Below, piece after piece: positions 36,438 through 50,447 of a stretch of 64,000 nt of DNA. Position 1 is the first letter of the stretch. Each line of letters opens with the position of its first letter. The DNA lies in NCBI GenBank assembly GCA_951804945.1, contig OX638156.1:25420001-25484000 (forward strand), in the 5' to 3' direction. The notes below the pieces were generated by a model. The model saw only the letters and a list, made by a program, of their open reading frames with translations. It was not told the DNA's origin and did no database searches. This DNA is from Podarcis cretensis (lineage: Eukaryota). Both the position numbers and the translations under genes were made by a program.

Positions 36438-37426
36438 TAATTGAGTCATATAGCAGTATACAAAAATATCATAATGTAGCATAATATAACATCCTGAATG
36501 GGATGTGGTAGTAATATGGAAAAAACAAAAAGACTCATTGCATTTTCACATGGAACCCTTTGTTATTGAGCAGAGGCTACCAGGCAAGGGACTGTTTATG
36601 AGCACCACTGTTTAAAAACTGTGGAAAAATTAAATTCTTTCAGCTTGTTTGTGGCTGAAAATAATTTTAAAAACATATGCTATATAAATTGTTTATCTGT
36701 TGATAACTGTGGGGCACAATCAAGCCAACTTCAGCACTTTTAGGTCTCACTGATTTCAAACAGTAAAGTCACATATTTCACATATTTAACTAAGCCGTCT
36801 TTCTAGATCATGATGAAGCAGCAGCTTTAGACAAGATTTAGATTTATACAATCATTCAATTGTCTGTTCAGCCATGAACTTACTGGAAAGCGACTTTCCG
36901 TTTCAGTTCCTCATTTGTAATCTAGTACCTCATAATGTCACTGGAGGATGAGTGGTAGGGCTTGATAATCTCACCTGCTCCTCTTGCCAGCCTCAGAGGC
37001 CAAGATGAGTCTGAAGCCAGAGCTACAGAAGCAGGCTGTACTCTGAGCTTGGATAACCTATCAGGCACAGAAGCAGAGCAGGCTCAGAACTAAAGGAGGG
37101 AGGTGGAAGCTTGCATCCACAACTGAGGGGCACTCCAAGCTCAGAGCACCAGTTGGGTTCAGAGGCAACTCAAACTTCTCTGCCTGCCTGCGCCAGCTCT
37201 GAGTTATTGGGAAGAACTTATTTTCTACCCTCCTCCCAGTTCCAAGGTTAGAGCTCGGAAGAGGATGAGTTATTTATTGCTTTCACTTCATTCTGCATAT
37301 GAGAAAAGGGAGAAAAAGGAGAGAATATCAGGAAGAATCTCCCAATTTCTTTTAAATGTTCATACTCTGAGTATATCCAGGTCTTTTCCAAAGTGGTACA
37401 TTCCTGAGCTACATCCTTGCGTTAAT

Positions 37427-40400
37427 GTTGTTGTTGTTGTTTAGTCGTTTAGTCGTGTCCGACTCTTCGTGACCCCATGGACCAGAGAACGCCAGGCACT
37501 CCTGTCCTCCACTGCCCCCCGCAGCTTGGTCAGACTCATGCTGGTAACCTCGAAAACACTATCCAACCATCTCGTCCTCTGTCGCCCCCTTCTCCTTGTG
37601 CCCTCCATCTTTCCCAACATCAGGGTCTTCTCCAGGGAGTCTTCTCTTCTCATGAGGTGGCCAAAGTACTGGAGCCTCAGCTTCAGGATCTGTCCTTCCA
37701 GTGAGCACTCAGGGCTGATTTCCTTCAGAATGGAGAGGTTTGATCTTCTTGCAGTCCATGGGACTCTCAAGAGTCTCCTCCAGCACCATAATTCAAAAGC
37801 ATCCATTCTTCAGCGATCAGCCTTCTTTATGGTCCAGCTCTCACTTCCATACATCACTACTGGGAAAACCATAGCTTTAACTATACGGACCTTTGTTGGC
37901 AAGGTGATGTCTCTACTTCTCAAGATGCTGTCTAGGCCTGTCATTGCCCTTCTCCCAAGAAGCAGGCGTCTTTTAATTTCGTGGCTGCTGTCACCATCTG
38001 CAGTGATCATGGAGCCCAAGAAAGTAAAATCTCTCACTGCCTCCATTTCTTCCCCTTCTATTTGCCAGGAGGTGATGGGACCAGTAGCCATGATCTTCGT
38101 TTTTTTGATGTTGAGCTTCAGACCATATTTTGCACTCTCCTCTTTCACCCTCAATAAAAGGTTCTTTAATTCCTCTTCACTTTCTGCCATCAAGGTTGTG
38201 TCATCTGCATATCTGAGGTTGTTGATATTTCTTCCGGCAATCTTAATTCCGGCTAGGGATTCATCCAGCCCAGCCTTTCGCATGATGAATTCTGCATATA
38301 AGTTAAATAAGCAGGGAGACAAAATGCAGCCTTGTCGTACTCCTTTCCCAATTTTGAACCAATCAGTTGTTCCATATCCTGTTCTAACTGTAGCTTCTTG
38401 TCCCACATAGAGATTTCTCAGGAGACAGATGAGGTGATCAGGCACTCCCATTTCTTTAAGAACTTGCCATAGTTTGCCATGGTCGACACAGTCAAAGGCT
38501 TTTGCATAGTCAATGAAGCAGAAGTAAATGTCTTTCTGGAACTCTCTAGCTTTCTCCATTATCCAGCGCATGTTTGCAATTTGGTCTCTGGTTCCTCTGC
38601 CTCTTCTAAATCCAGCTTGCACTTCTGGGAGTTCTCGGTCCACATACTGCTTGAGCCTTCCTTGTAGAATTTTAAGCATAACCTTGCTAGCATGAGAAAT
38701 TAGTGCAATTGTGCGATAGTTGGAGCATTCTTTGGCACTGCCCTTCTTTGGGATTGGGATGTAGACTGATCTTCTCCAATCTTCTGGCCACTGCTGAGTT
38801 TTCCAAACTTGCTGGCATATTGAGTATAGCACCTTAACAGCATCATCTTTTAAAATTTTAAATAGTTCAGCTGGAATACCATCACTTCCACTGGCCTTGT
38901 TATTTGCAGTGCTTTCTAAGGCCCATTTGACTTCACTCTCCAGGATGTCTGGCTCAAGGTCAGCAACCACACTACCTGGGGTATATGAGACATCCATTTC
39001 TTTCTGGTATAATTCCTCTGTGTATTCTTGCCACCTCTTCTTGATGTCTTCTGCTTCTGTTAGGTCCTTTCCACTTTTGTCCTTTATTATGGAAATCTTT
39101 GTACGAAATGTTCCTTTCATATCTCCAATTTTCTTGAACAGATCTCTGGTTCTTCCCATTCTATTGCTTTCCTCTATTTCTTTGCATTGCTTGTTTAAGA
39201 AGGTCTTCTTGTCTCTCCTTGCTATTCTTTGGAAATCTGCATTCAATTTCCTGTATGTTTCACGATCTCCCTTGCATTTTGCTTGCCTTCTCTCCCCCGC
39301 TATTTGTAAGGCCTCATTGGACAGCCACTTTGCTTTCTTGCATTTCCTGTTCATTGGGATGGTTTTCGTTGCTGCCTCCTGTATAATGTTACGAGCCTCC
39401 ATCCATAGTTCTTCAGGCACTCTGTCCACCAAATCTAAATCCTTAAACCTGTTCCTCACTTCCACTGTGTATTCATAAGGGATTTGACTTAGATTGTATC
39501 TTACCGGCCCAGTGGTTTTTCCTACTTTCTTCAGTTTAAGCTTGAATTTTGCTATAAGAAGCTGATGATCTGAGCCACAGTCAGCTCCAGGTCTTGTTTT
39601 TGCTGACTGTATAGAGCTTCTCCATCTTTGGCTGCAGAGAATATAATCAATCTGATTTCGATGCTGCCCATCTGGTGATGTCCATGTGTAGAGTCGTCTC
39701 TTGTGTTGTTGGAAAAGCGTGTTTGTGATGACCAGCTTGTTCTCTTGACAGAACTCTATTAGCCTTTGTCCTGCTTCGTTTTGATCTCCAAGGCCAAACT
39801 TGCCAGTTGTTCCTTTTATCTCTTGACTCCCTACTTTAGCATTCCAATCCCCTATAATGAGAAGAACATCCTTCTTTGGTGTCACTTCTATAAGGTGTTG
39901 TAAGTCTTCATAGAATTGGTCAATTTCAGTTTCTTCAGCACCAGTAGTTGGTGCATAAACTTGGATTACTGTGATGTTAAAAGGTCTGCCTTGGATTCGT
40001 ATCGAGATCATTCTATCATTTTTGAGATTGCATCCCAGTACAGCTTTTGCCACTCTTTTGTTGACTATGAGGGCCACTCCATTTCTTTTACGGGTTTCTT
40101 GCCCACAGTAGTAGATATGATGGTCATCCGAACTGAATTCACCCATTCCCGTCCATTTTAGTTCACTGATGCCCAGGATGTCAATATTTATTCTTGCCAT
40201 CTCATTTTTGACCACCTCCAACTTACCCATGTTCATGGTTCTTACATTCCAGGTTCCTATGCAATATTTTTCTTTACAGCATTGGACTTTCCTTTCGCTT
40301 CCAGGCATATCCGCAACTGAGCGTCCTTTCGGCTTTGGCCCAGCCGCTTCATCAGCTCTGGATCTACTTGTACTTGCCCTCCGCTCTTCCCCAGTAGCAT

Positions 40401-40652
40401 GTTGGACGCCTTCCAACCTGAGGGGCTCATCTTCCAGCGTCATAACTTTTATATGCCTGTTGTCTTTGTCCATGGAGTTTTCTTGGCAGGGATACTGGGG
40501 TGGCTTGCTGGTTCCTCCTCCAGGTGGATCACATTTGGTCAAAACTCTCCACTATGACCTGTTCATCTTGGGTGCCCTACTCGGCATAGTTCATAGCTTC
40601 TCTGAGTTCTTCAAGCCCCTTCGCCACAGCAAGGCAGTGATCCATGAAGGGG
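37427..40652 (-). mobile_element. Full-length BovB (RTE clade) LINE, ~3.2 kb
   Basis: Perfect 12-bp TSD ccttgcgttaat (37415-37426, 40653-40664); (CAA)n 3' tail; single EN+RT reading frame. Confidence 0.95.
37441..40542 (-). pseudogene. BovB ORF (APE endonuclease + reverse transcriptase) broken by one premature TGA at 37812-37810
   Basis: Endonuclease motifs GTWNVRT, GISELKW, GDWNAKVG, IDYIL, SDHQLL; RT motifs QGCILSP and RYADD. The 910-aa and 121-aa ORFs are in the same frame, joined by CGC TGA AGA ATG. Confidence 0.92.
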
Positions 40653-40905
40653 CCTTGCGTTAATACATTATTATTATTATTATTATTATTATTAATCAGA
40701 GACTGGAGTTATTTGTTAAATCTGTGAATTTAGCTTGGATATAGGAACATTAGAATTGTAGAATGCTTTTCAATAGTAAAAAATTAATAATAGTTTCCAT
40801 ATCAATCTGTGAGGAATACTTTTAAACATTACAATAACCCATGATGCTTGTGGTAGTACATATACTGAACACTTCTTTTGTTCCCCAATTATGATAGGCT
40901 CTGCA

Positions 40906-41281
40906 CAGTATTAGAAACTGAGATACGAAAGCTAGGAGCTAAATGATACCTTAAACCTAGGTTATGGGCACAAGAACGGAATGTCTAGGCACTCTTTTTT
41001 ATAACAAGAATACAAAGCTGAAAATAAATAATCTTATGTTCATTTTTCACATGGTCTAGTCCTTCCCTTGCCCACCCCCTAATATTCTTAAGAAGTCTCT
41101 TCTCTAGTCTTCAGAGAGTGGCTGGAAGTGGGGAGGCAGAAAAAGGTCCTCCTTTCCTTCCACTCTGCAGTTTTAATCTGAAATCTTAGGCACAGTACTG
41201 CGCCCAGAGCTCAGAAACTGCTCACGCTAATGAAATTCCCTGTCGCAAATTTGCCTAGAACAATGGGAGTTTTGAACACTA
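40906..41281. mobile_element. hAT MITE, same family as 49603-49977
   Basis: Colinear similarity over its full length; degraded TIRs and TSD (gctctgca/actctgaa). Confidence 0.78.
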
Positions 41282-41485
41282 ACTCTGAAACCAGCCCATG
41301 GAGATGCAATACTATTGGCAGGAGTCTCTGGTTTTCCTGTATACCTTAAAGAAGTATGTCAAATTTGTGACCTAGTGTGTCACAAATAGATCACTGTCAG
41401 CACAGCTGCGCACCAGCACGAAAGCTATTTCCTTTGGAATAGGGATAGGCTGAAGACTATGCAACAGTTATGCACATAATGTATA

Positions 41486-41857
41486 AAGATAAAGGTAAAG
41501 GTACCCCTGCCCGTACGGGCCAGTCTTGACAGACTCTGGGGTTGTGTGCCCATCTCACTTAAGAGGCCAGGGGCCAGCGCTGTCCGGAGACACTTCCGGG
41601 TCACGTGGCCAGCGTGACATCGCTGCTCTGGCCAGAGCCAGAGCCAGAGCCGCACACGGAAACGCCGTTTACCTTCCCGCTGGTAAGCGGTCCCTATTTA
41701 TCTACTTGCACCCGGAGGTGCTTTCGAACTGCTAGGTTGGCAGGCGCTGGGACCGAGCAGCGGGAGCGCACCCCGCCGCAGGGATTCGAACCGCCGACCT
41801 TTCGATTGGCAAGCCCTAGGCGCTGAGGCTTTAACCCACAGCGCCATCTGCGTCCCC
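41486..41857 (-). mobile_element. Sauria SINE (young, full length)
   Basis: Same subfamily; 13-bp TSD cacataatgtata (41473-41485, 41858-41870). Confidence 0.92.
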
Positions 41858-44215
41858 CACATAATGTATACATATGTGTAAAATAAGTGAGGGGCACTGT
41901 CTTTTTTACATCTATATTCTTCTTTTCCTGCAAGAAGCTTTAAAAAATGTACATTATTCTGGCCCTATGTTTTATCCCCACAACCCCATGAGGTAAGTTA
42001 GGCTGAGAGAGAGTGATGGCTAAAGGTGAGCTTCATGGCTGAGTAGGGCTATGAATGTGGGCTTCCCCAATCTGCTCAACACTCCACCTATTAAAAGAAC
42101 AGGAACCTGTGGCCATCCAAATGTCGCTGAACTACAGCTCCCAACATCTGTGACCATTGGCCACAGATGGCTGGCTGAGACTGATGGGAGTTGCAAGTTC
42201 AGATACTTTTACAGACTCACAGGTTCCCCACCTCTGCACAAGAGAATAGGCTAATATTATCTACCTAGGATATTTAAATTCTTTCCTCAAGCCAGTTATC
42301 TCAGCATGCAACAAGGAACAAATATCTCATTGCGTCATTTTTTAAAACAGCCGGCAATAAGTGTTTATGTATTATGAGCTTGTTCTGTATTATATTATAT
42401 TGGATAAAACACTTAAAGCAGTCAAAATCATATTCTCTTGTTTCTGATGTATATGGTGACTTTAAACACCCTAAGAAGCTATTAGGTGTTTAACATTGCC
42501 ATTATTATCTAACAACCCTTTCAACTGAGTAGTTAAGCATATCTAGGATGGAAAAAGTGTTTCTGATAGCACTCTGTGATCCTGCCAAAGCCCTGGTCTT
42601 GCTGTGGAATGACAAGATGCTGAGTACAACCAATACAATTGCTCTGAAGCACCCTCTCCAATACAGGAAAAAAATGTTTTAGCCCTATAGTATACTGGGG
42701 ATCTGCATTCTATGAAACCAGCTGGAAGACAGCAGGAAAACAGGTGACAAAAGTTCTGCTGTGAAGCTGGCTGAACGTGAATTGTGCCTATTTGATGGTG
42801 AAAGCAGCAAAAAGGAAATATTTTGCTAGCTCCATCACATCTTCAATGAATCATCCAGCAGAGATTTCAGGTCCATGAATTGTTGACATGTGTATCAGTG
42901 GACAGTGTCCAGAGCACCTCAGAGACCTGCTGTGATTTGCCTTGCTAGCCACTCTGAAGACAAATTTGTCTACCTCCATAGCAGACTTGACACCACAGTT
43001 GACACAGCTCCAATTAAGCAATTCTGCTACCTAGCAGAGTTCAGAATGCATGTACATGCAAGGTCCGATACAGCTTGTTATCAGGTTACTTGAGAGACCA
43101 TGTTACCCCCTTACATACTCAGTACATTCTGCCAGAGACTCTCCTTGAAGTCCCTAAAATATCAGACACCTGCTGTACAGCAACTTAGAGCAGGGTTTTC
43201 TGTGGGGCTGCCTGTGTTTCGAGATGCGTTCTGAGATCCGTGTTCAGATGCTCACTATTTGTAGGTCCAGTTTTTGGAAACAGTTGAAGAATTTAGGGGG
43301 AAATTAGTCCACATTTCAATTAAAAATAATTTCCAAAGTTCATATCAAGAATAAAAAACAAGAATATCCAACAACAAACAAAATAGCATAGATGGCATTA
43401 ATGCAGGGAAAATTAGGACCAACAATAATACCTGAAATCAACAAAGACCAATTTTGTTGTCTTGTGGTGTGCAAATTGATGTATTCAGTGATTTAAGTCA
43501 TTCAGTCCTCAACTCACATTTACATTATCAATGTAATGCCTCAATTCAGAATAGGTTATAATTTACTCAGACTAATCTGTAAATTTCCATGTTCAATTTG
43601 AACTTCTGAAGTCTGGTCCCCTTTCTTTCATCAGTCAAACCACACAGTCCTCCCCACCTCACCTTATAAATGGGCTTATTTTCTCTTTGTTCTTGCCATT
43701 AATATTGGATTTCCCTCTTCCTTTTGTCCAGAACTTCTTTTCCAATAGATATCCAGCTGATAAAGATTTCCCCAATGTATCCCTGGTCCCAACCAGCTGC
43801 CCGATTAAGCTTCTGTTTCATTTTGTATTAAAAACACTCAACTGGGAAATACTTAATATCCCTGATTCCATTTAGGAGAACCTCCAACGCAGATGTTGCT
43901 AGGAAGACAGCAGGGGGGGCGTATGCTATGAAAACCTGGGCCAGTTTTAAAGCAATCTTTTGATTTCCCCCTTCTCTCTGTTGTGCTAAATACAGGCTTC
44001 TTTTAGAACCCTCAGACACAGGACAATCAGTCTGCAATTTTCAGTTTTCATTTTCAAAGACAGCCCGTGTGTGTGTTTACTTAGAAGTAAATCCCACTGT
44101 GTCCAGTAAGGTTCACTCCCAAATAACTGTTCAGTCTTACTGCAGCTTAAATGATTCCCAAGATGCTAATTCAAACAGGAAACTATATTAAGTAAAAGAC
44201 AAAACCATCACAATA

Positions 44216-44392
44216 CAGTGGTACCTCTGGATACGAACAGGATCAGTTCTGGAAGCATGTGTGTGACGTCATTTTGAGTGTTTGCGCATGCACAAGCAGC
44301 GAAAGCCGGAAGTAACACATTACTTCCGGGTTGCCGCGGTGCGCAACTCAAACACGCTCAACCCGAAGCGCATTCAACCCGAGGTATGACTG
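44216..44392. mobile_element. Tc1/mariner MITE, family 2-related
   Basis: TA-CAGTGGTACCTC...GAGGTATGACTG-TA. Confidence 0.75.
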
Positions 44393-47300
44393 TATAGCTA
44401 ATGTCAAAAACAAAGTAGAAAAGGGGTGGGTTATACAATGGAAACACTGACTGGGCAAGATCCACAATAGCGTTAAGCATGCATCTGTTCATGCCACAGA
44501 GATTCTCCTCTCCCCTGTACCCCCAAAATCTACTTCAGGAGTCAGCGAAATTTCCAGAGCAGAATGGAGGGGTGCAGGGACTAGAGTGGGGAAAAGAGAA
44601 ACAAAAGGTTTCACTTGTGCAAGCAGATTTCCATTGCAGAAATGAGTGAACATCACTGAATGTCATCCACTATGGCCAAGTTCAGATATCATTTTTTGTA
44701 TTTTGATGGAACTATTAGGAATAATCAGTGTTCCCAGATTTAAGCTACTGTTTCATGTTAAGTGTCTTAGGTTTCAACCCACTTCTCAATGAAATTCAGG
44801 ACAAAACTGACTGATTTTAGCTGACCTTATTTACCTTTCGTAGGGCAAAACTAGACATTATATGGAAGACCAGTGTAAAATTCACTTTATTTTACTTCAT
44901 TATGTTTTATGATTAGCACCCAAAGGAGGTTATGATTTGGTCAGAGAAGTGCTGAAGGGGATTTTTTCTGATCACAGTCAATCTCCCAACCTGCTTTTCC
45001 ACCTGCAGAGAAAAAGATACCACCTTGCTCCCATTGCAATGGAAAAGCAGCTGAGAGGCAATTTTGTCTGGTCTGGAAAAAGCAACCCACAACCATTTCA
45101 CTGTTTGTGTGATCAAATATGTAGCCTCCCACAAATGTGGGTTTTTTTCGTGTTAGAGTCAGGAAACTTTTGTATTTTACTTCACAAAATTCACAATAAT
45201 AAGTCATTTGCTTCATGCCCTCAATGCACTTTTTAAAAAATTGCTGTTTGCAATTAGAGAGGCATAACAAAGTCCATGGTTTAGAAATATCTTTCTTAGA
45301 GTTCTACAGAATTCTTCACCAGGCTGTTAGAAACTCAGATATATAAGCTAGGCACCAAATGGTGCCTTAAATATATGATCTGTCACCACAACAGAATGTC
45401 TATTTGCCATGGAGTTGAACTAGATAACCCTCAGGGTTATCTTCCAATGCTATGATTCTATGATCTCAAATGCATTGCTTGACTGTAGCTTGCTCTTACA
45501 ATAATTCACTTGTCCCAGTATGCTGCAAGCAGAAAAAACAGAAATGGAAGTGGTATTAACAATGGACTAAGGCAGAGGTTTTTAAACTATGGGTGCCAAC
45601 CTAACACCCAGAAAACTCCATGTAGTTGCAAATGGACCTTCTCCAGTAGCAAAACATGCCTGACACCTGGGGAATTTCAAACAATGGTCTTGATGTTATG
45701 ATGAAGAGTTATGAAGGATTTGAAAGCTTACTCACTATTTTCTGACATTCTGGTTGCACCTAATAGGTAATGCCTCACAATGGATTCTGCAATACTTCCT
45801 AATCAACACGGCTTCCTTTGCTTTTATCTGTCTAAGACTCTAAGCAAACAACGCATTAGCCTCCAAACAAGTATTCATCTTCAATTTGCACCCAATAAGT
45901 TACATCCAGATCCAAAATAATTCTGATTATTAAAGGCATAATTCCAAACATATTACCTATTAGCTTCAGCATGTAGATGTAGCTTACAGCAGAACCAACA
46001 AGACAATTTTGTAAAAATCCACATTCAGAGTATAAAGGAATAAAAAGCCACACAAATCCGCTTTTCTGCAAACACTGTTGATATCATTGTTAGAGTTAAA
46101 ACCACAGTGATGAAGCCCCTTTAAACAAATCCAGCATAAAAATGCAGCGCAGGACCAAAAAGCTGGCTATGATCATACTCTGTGCTAGCCAGAAAATGCC
46201 TGGTTTCTGCTGATGTAATCAAAATCTTCTTAAAGCCACCCTTTCTATATTTCCTCAAAAGCAAATTAAAACAAATTTATTTGGTATACTATCATAAGAA
46301 CTAAGGGATCAGAAGCACTTTCATGAAAAACCCACTTTTTTAAAGTAAACAATTATACCTGATTAGTGAAGTAGGTATATTTCTTATGTGCCAGGTGATT
46401 ATAACATAGATGACCATCACAAACCTATCAATTTTTCATAAGATAAGCAGTAATCAAAGTCTACAATCCTTGCTCTTTCACATTGTGAACTTAAATAGCA
46501 GTAAGGAGCTATCCGGCAAGCTGCATTAAGTAAGCCTGCAATCCTGAAGTGTAAATCCCACCAAACTTAGTAGCTGCAAGATTCACAACCTGATCCTATG
46601 TTCACTCAGCAATAAGTTCAATGGAGTTTGTTCCCAAGTAAACATACATATGATGGCAGCCTTGTTTTTATCAGTTTTACTAGATAAGAAACAGAGAAAA
46701 GCAGACTTGATGCTACAAGTCCTATGAAATATCAGAACGAAGCTGATTTCAGAAGCACATGCCTAGCTTTGGCTCACAATACATCATGGCTGGGATCCAA
46801 ACAGCTACCTGAGGTGAACCCTATGAGTTGTCTGCCCAGTAGTTTCCCAGTACTTTTTCTTCTTTCAACACCAGACCTACAATTTTTTCTCCAAAGTTTG
46901 TAGTATCAGAGTGAAGCCAAACATTGATTTTAGTTTTATAAATCTGTCATTTTATCAGAGAAAATCACAAGATAGAAAAAAGTTAGTATTATCAATAGTT
47001 TTAACATTTACAGTGCATTTCTATACATGCCTATGTAGAAAGAAGTCCCATTTCATTCAATGGCTCCTACTCCCATGAAACCTTGTATAGACTTGCAGCC
47101 TTACTACAGCAGACTACAGTCTTCATGTAGCAGAATGATGCAAGAAAACAGGATGTAAAAAATACACTTGACCTTTGTAACACTGTACATACAACACACC
47201 CATTTCTGGTGAAGCAGCACAGTTACTTGCAGAAGGAGAATGTTACCAATATAGAGATTTCCTACTGCATAATAAGCAACAGGAGAAATCACTCCCAGAA

Positions 47301-49602
47301 AGGGACATGGGGCAATATTAGCAGGAAAAGGGCATTTCAGTGAACAATTGCATTCACCTTGCTGTCACTTGGACTACTAAGGATGAATTATATTGCCACC
47401 AAATTTCTATATGAAAATCACTTCCATGTGCCAATATACATCACTGAGAGCAAGATTACACAAATATGGAAAATCTTCACACACTAGGACCTACAGGGAT
47501 ATGACTTTAATGTAGACAGATGAATAAATTGGAATAAAGGTGCCAGAGCATACAAAGTTACCCAGTGCATTCCTCAGAGGGTTGAAATAAATGTCTCCCA
47601 GATATATTATGACAGAGGTGTGAAGTCTCAGATGCCCGGGGGGGGGGGGTGTTGATGCAACCCTCCAGGCTTCTCCATCCAGCCTTCAGGAGCCAGGCTG
47701 GAATGTTCCTTAACTATGATAATACTTGTTTGCCTTGATGGAGTTGGGATATACAGTATTTGTGTGTGTGCAGAAACTTCTAACTTTTGTGTGACTGGAC
47801 GTAACTTACTATGCAAAAAGCGAAGAGTTACATCCTACCTACTTTTCCCTCTGGCAAATGTCAGTGCTCCCTATCAAAGGTTTCCCACGCAAGATTGCAG
47901 GCCCTGAGCTGAGAAAGGTTCCTCACTTCTGTATGAGGTTTTTAATATTAGACATACTTGGAGTCTACATGTTAAAATCAAACGATCTAAGTTAATATCA
48001 ATCATTTCAATGGGTCTACCATGAGTATAACTTAGAATACTGTATCCTGCATCTCTTAAGATAGAATAAAAAATGTCATCATAGAATCATAGTACTGTAG
48101 ACTTGGAAGGGAATCTGACAGTCATCTAGTCCAACCCCTGCAATGAAGGAATAGCAGCTAAAGAATCCCTGAAAAATGCCCATTAACCTCTGCTTAAAAT
48201 CAAAACTTAAAAGCTATACTTATTCTCATTCATTGCTGTAACATATACAAATCAAAATTATTCACTCAAAAAATTTGATTCATTCTATTAAAACAAATAA
48301 GATAGAAAGCCAAGTAATGAGGTCAATGCAGAATTCTAATCCTCACTGAGAGACAGGTACAACAAGGTAATCCACAACAGAAGTTGAGATGAGACACCAT
48401 TCGTGGTCATTAATTAGAGCAAATCCACATCCTTTATTAAAATAACATTAACCCTAAGATTTTCTGTTTGGGTGAATATTTTGTAAGTCTGCACAGGGTT
48501 GCTGCTATGTCAGTACTTGTGCCAGTGTAAATACCTGGCATCCTGTGGCTTGTACTTTGGACTACCACCCTCCTGTAAGGGTTCCACTTGTCCCACATCT
48601 GTTATGACTTAGGAAACTTTCACATTCCAACATATTGTCAGGAAAACACACAAATGAAATAAACTCCCTATTTTTCCCTCCAAGTGATGACAAGCTTAAT
48701 TGATGCTTTGAGTTAAAACTGTTTCCACAATGAAAACAATTAGATATTGGTAATATGCATTTTCTGTGACTTTAATTATTTGTGCTGCCTCACCAGAAAT
48801 GAATTCAAACTCGTTTGGGATTATTTATCGACCAGCCCTAGATATCATGGTCAATGATATTGAAAGTCAAAGAGAAATTGAAGAGAATCAGCAGGGTCAC
48901 ACTCACACTATTTCTCTCCTAACACAGGTCATCAAGCAGGGTGATCACAGTATATAGTTTTACTGTCCTGAGGTGGTGGGCCAACATAAAATTGACAACT
49001 TGCAACACTGCATTCAGTGAGCCTGAGCATATCCAATTTTTACTTTGCACAGCAGACCTTAGGAAGAGGTTATAAAACACTTTAAAAAAGCATAGATTAT
49101 TTAGAAACAAATTCCATTCCACCCAATGGCACACTGCACAGTAATGTGTTCAGAATGGAAACGCCAGATTCAAGATTATTGCTCTCCTAGTCTGTCATGG
49201 TCACTGCGAATGAGGATGCAGAGGAGAAAATGACACAACAGTGAATATAGCACAAACTTTTCAGATGATTTGTGTTTTGTGTAAAAACATTTTCCGTAAC
49301 CTGCTATATTTTAAGTTTATTTCCTCTGTTTTTATTTCCTCTGCTTTAAGCAAACCATAAAGAACACTACAGACCTAAATACTTTCCGAAAATTAATACT
49401 TTGAACACTAATTTCCAAAAGGCAAAATAAGATTTATTTTGCCGAAGCAAAAACACGTGTGACCACGTTAGCAGAAATAATATAAGCAAAGAGATAGGAG
49501 ACCATATCAGTAAAGCACACAGGGAAAATGTGTGACTGATATGAATGAAACTGATAATATTGAACCATGTAAGACCTGTATCATTAAAAAGAGGCTAAGG
49601 AG

Positions 49603-49977
49603 CAGTGTTAGAAACTGAGGTGTGAAAGCTAGGAGCCAAATGGCACCTTAAATCTAGATTATGGGTGCAACAACAAAATGTCAAGGCACACTTTTTATAA
49701 CAAGAATACAAAGCTGAAAATAAGTGAACTGCACCTAAAATCTTATGTTCATTATGTCCTTCCCCTGCCCACCCCACTAATATTCTTAAGAAGTCTCTTT
49801 TCCAGTCTTCAGAGAGTAGCTGGAAGTGGGGAGGCAGTAAAAAGTCCTTTCCTTCCACTATGCAGTTTTAATCTGAAATCCTAGGTGCAGTACTGCACCC
49901 AGAGCTCAGAAACTGCTCATGCTAAGGAACTTCCCTGTTGCAAAATACGACTAGAACAATGGGAGTTTCGAACACTG
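49603..49977. mobile_element. hAT MITE (CAGTGTT termini)
   Basis: TIR CAGTGTTAGAAAC...GTTTCGAACACTG; perfect 8-bp TSD ctaaggag. Confidence 0.85.
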
Positions 49978-50203
49978 CTAAGGAGTAAACCCTACACAAA
50001 TCCGGAGTGGAGTCCCTAAAACGGTTGGATGGTGCCAGTGTTCAAAATTAGCCTGGCTATTGACCACATGTGACCAAGTGAAGATGCCTAGTGGTCCAAG
50101 TGTCTATATAATAAGCCCATCAAAAGTAGTAGCCTGCACTGATCAAGACCATTAATCTACGGTAGGTTGGCTGCACTGAATTTTCTGCATTTGCCTTCAT
50201 GTA

Positions 50204-50447
50204 CAGTCATACCTCATGTTACGTTTGCTTCAGGTTGAGCATTTTCAGTTTGCATCCCGCAGCGACCTGGAAGTACCAGAAAGGGTTACTTCTGGGTTTC
50301 GCCACTTGCACACGCGCAAAATGATGTCACGCACATGTGCAGAAGTGGCGAATCGCAACCTGCACACGCGCAGACACGGGTTGTGTTCCTTTCAGGTTGT
50401 GAACGGGACTCCGGAACGGATCCCGTTCGCTACCAGAAGTACCACTG
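50204..50447. mobile_element. Tc1/mariner MITE, family 2
   Basis: TA-CAGTCATACCTC...GAAGTACCACTG-TA. Confidence 0.75.

Noticed and set aside
37469-40663. Long plus-strand ORFs (313, 193 and 164 aa)
   Set aside because: Antisense shadows of the BovB ORF caused by its codon usage; no recognisable domain.
40906-49977. Apparent 370-bp segmental duplication
   Set aside because: TIRs and distinct 8-bp TSDs show independent hAT MITE insertions.
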